Source: Candidatus Methylomirabilis oxygeniifera (GTDB taxonomy: Bacteria; Methylomirabilota; Methylomirabilia; Methylomirabilales; Methylomirabilaceae). From it: a stretch of 32,000 bases of DNA. The notes under the pieces are model-generated. The model made no database searches. It was not told the origin of the DNA and saw only the letters and a list, made by a program, of their open reading frames with translations. Every line of letters starts with the position of its first letter. Within the stretch, counting starts at the first letter, position 1. A program made the translations under genes and the position numbers. Below are positions 31,100 to 32,000 of the stretch, piece by piece. The stretch spans positions 300,001 through 332,000 of the forward strand of contig FP565575.1 of the NCBI GenBank assembly GCA_000091165.1, written 5' to 3'.

Positions 31100-32000
31100 A
31101 TGCGAAGATTCCTTCGCCTCTCTCTAGTTGCCGCCGCCTTCGCATTAATCTCGCCTGTCGCTACCGCCCAAGAGTACTTCGGGGAGTTCTTGGACAGGCC
31201 AAAAGGCGCTTTCATTGTCGAAGCGCAACCAAGGCCATTGTTTAGGGTCGAAACCGACTTCCGCTTTAAGGACCCAAATGGCCTGCTATGGTCGACGCCT
31301 GCTGGCACTGAGGTTGATGGGGCTTCGATTCCACAGTTGTTTTGGTCAATTATCGGAGGGCCGTTCGAGGGGCCGTATATAAACGCTTCCATCATTCACG
31401 ATTACTACTGTCGCACAATGGAACGCACCGCGCACGATACGCACAGGAACCTCTACTACGGAATGCGCACCTCCCAAGTACCCAAGTGGAAGGCTAAGTT
31501 GATGCATTGGGCCGTATCAGCGTTCGGACCATCATGGAAGCTAGAAAGACGCGTTGTAATGCGGCAGACTTGTGCTAACCCTCCCGATTTACCGGCAACC
31601 TGTTCGTCAGTTCCGACTTCTGAGGTCGTGCCTGTGAAATCTCCACCCATTGACCTCTCCGATCCCGTTGTCTTGGCGGCTGCAATTAGCAAGATGACCG
31701 CAGTCGCTAGAACACTTCTCACCTCAAACGGAGAGGTCCTCGATGTGACGGCTGGAGGACCGGTAAGCGCCACAGTCGAAGGTATTCAAGCGAGTGCAGA
31801 TGCATATCGTCAAGTATTTACAAGCAAGGAGTTCTCAAGCTCCCCCGCAAGGCTCGGCCTTTTATCGCAGGCCACCGGAAGTACTTTGGCAGACGTGCAG
31901 CCCTGGGCGGGTAACCGAATCCCAAGTCTTAAGGAGGCTATCGTACTGACCCCTAAAACCGTATCAAAGGTCGAAGCGAGTGCACCATTTAAGCTCGATC
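31100..32000 (+). CDS. Secreted DUF1353-domain protein (3' end outside window; absent from the ORF track)
   Basis: Manual translation from ATG 31100 (AAAGGGAGA upstream) is open for 300 codons to the window end. Signal peptide MRRFLRLSLVAAAFALISPVATAQ. DUF1353-like core FRFKDPNGLLWSTPAGTEVDGASIPQLFWSIIGGPFEGPYINASIIHDYYC. Confidence 0.7.
   Translation, partial: MRRFLRLSLVAAAFALISPVATAQEYFGEFLDRPKGAFIVEAQPRPLFRVETDFRFKDPNGLLWSTPAGTEVDGASIPQLFWSIIGGPFEGPYINASIIHDYYCRTMERTAHDTHRNLYYGMRTSQVPKWKAKLMHWAVSAFGPSWKLERRVVMRQTCANPPDLPATCSSVPTSEVVPVKSPPIDLSDPVVLAAAISKMTAVARTLLTSNGEVLDVTAGGPVSATVEGIQASADAYRQVFTSKEFSSSPARLGLLSQATGSTLADVQPWAGNRIPSLKEAIVLTPKTVSKVEASAPFKLD

Noticed and set aside
30898-31245. 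115-aa + strand ORF, and minus-strand ORFs 31078-31395 and 31456-31773.
   Set aside because: All overlap the 300-codon open frame with a signal peptide and DUF1353-like core starting at 31100, and none has recognisable features.

Overview
GC-rich (about 60% by eye) bacterial chromosomal window, almost entirely coded on the + strand. (1) 1-16.5 kb holds housekeeping operons in conserved order: xseA'-xseB-ispA-tlyA-nadK-recN; rplU-rpmA-obg-proB-proA-nadD-rsfS; a DksA/TraR-like gene and comF; a small secreted protein; gap-pgk-tpiA-secG. pgk is split by a 1-nt frameshift in a G6 run. (2) 16.5-23.5 kb is a seven-gene, tightly coupled operon starting 9 nt after secG: a small hydrophobic protein, an orphan GlmL/MutL-like ASKHA ATPase with no B12-mutase partners, a barrel-sandwich/KOW-like protein, an FN3-like membrane protein and three further membrane proteins. 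I cannot assign it to any described system, and it is my best candidate for an undescribed machine. (3) 23.7-32 kb is a mosaic accessory island. It contains a DUF4258/YgiT-zinc-finger TA pair, fossils of type I restriction-modification genes (two HsdR N-terminal stubs, two HsdS C-terminal stubs) around an intact stand-alone SIR2-like gene of visibly lower GC, and a high-GC AAA(DUF4143) ATPase flanked by about 45-bp direct repeats. It also holds OsmC and DyP peroxidase genes, yefM-yoeB, brnT-brnA, and a secreted DUF1353 protein whose ORF runs off the window and is missing from the ORF track. Across the whole window there are heptanucleotide tandem arrays (STRR-like). Many form G-rich/C-rich inverted arms that fill intercistronic gaps, and some invade coding sequence. 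A separate GC-rich palindromic element sits in frame inside ispA. I found no rRNA, tRNA, CRISPR array, transposase or integrase. Taxon cannot be assigned from the sequence alone.
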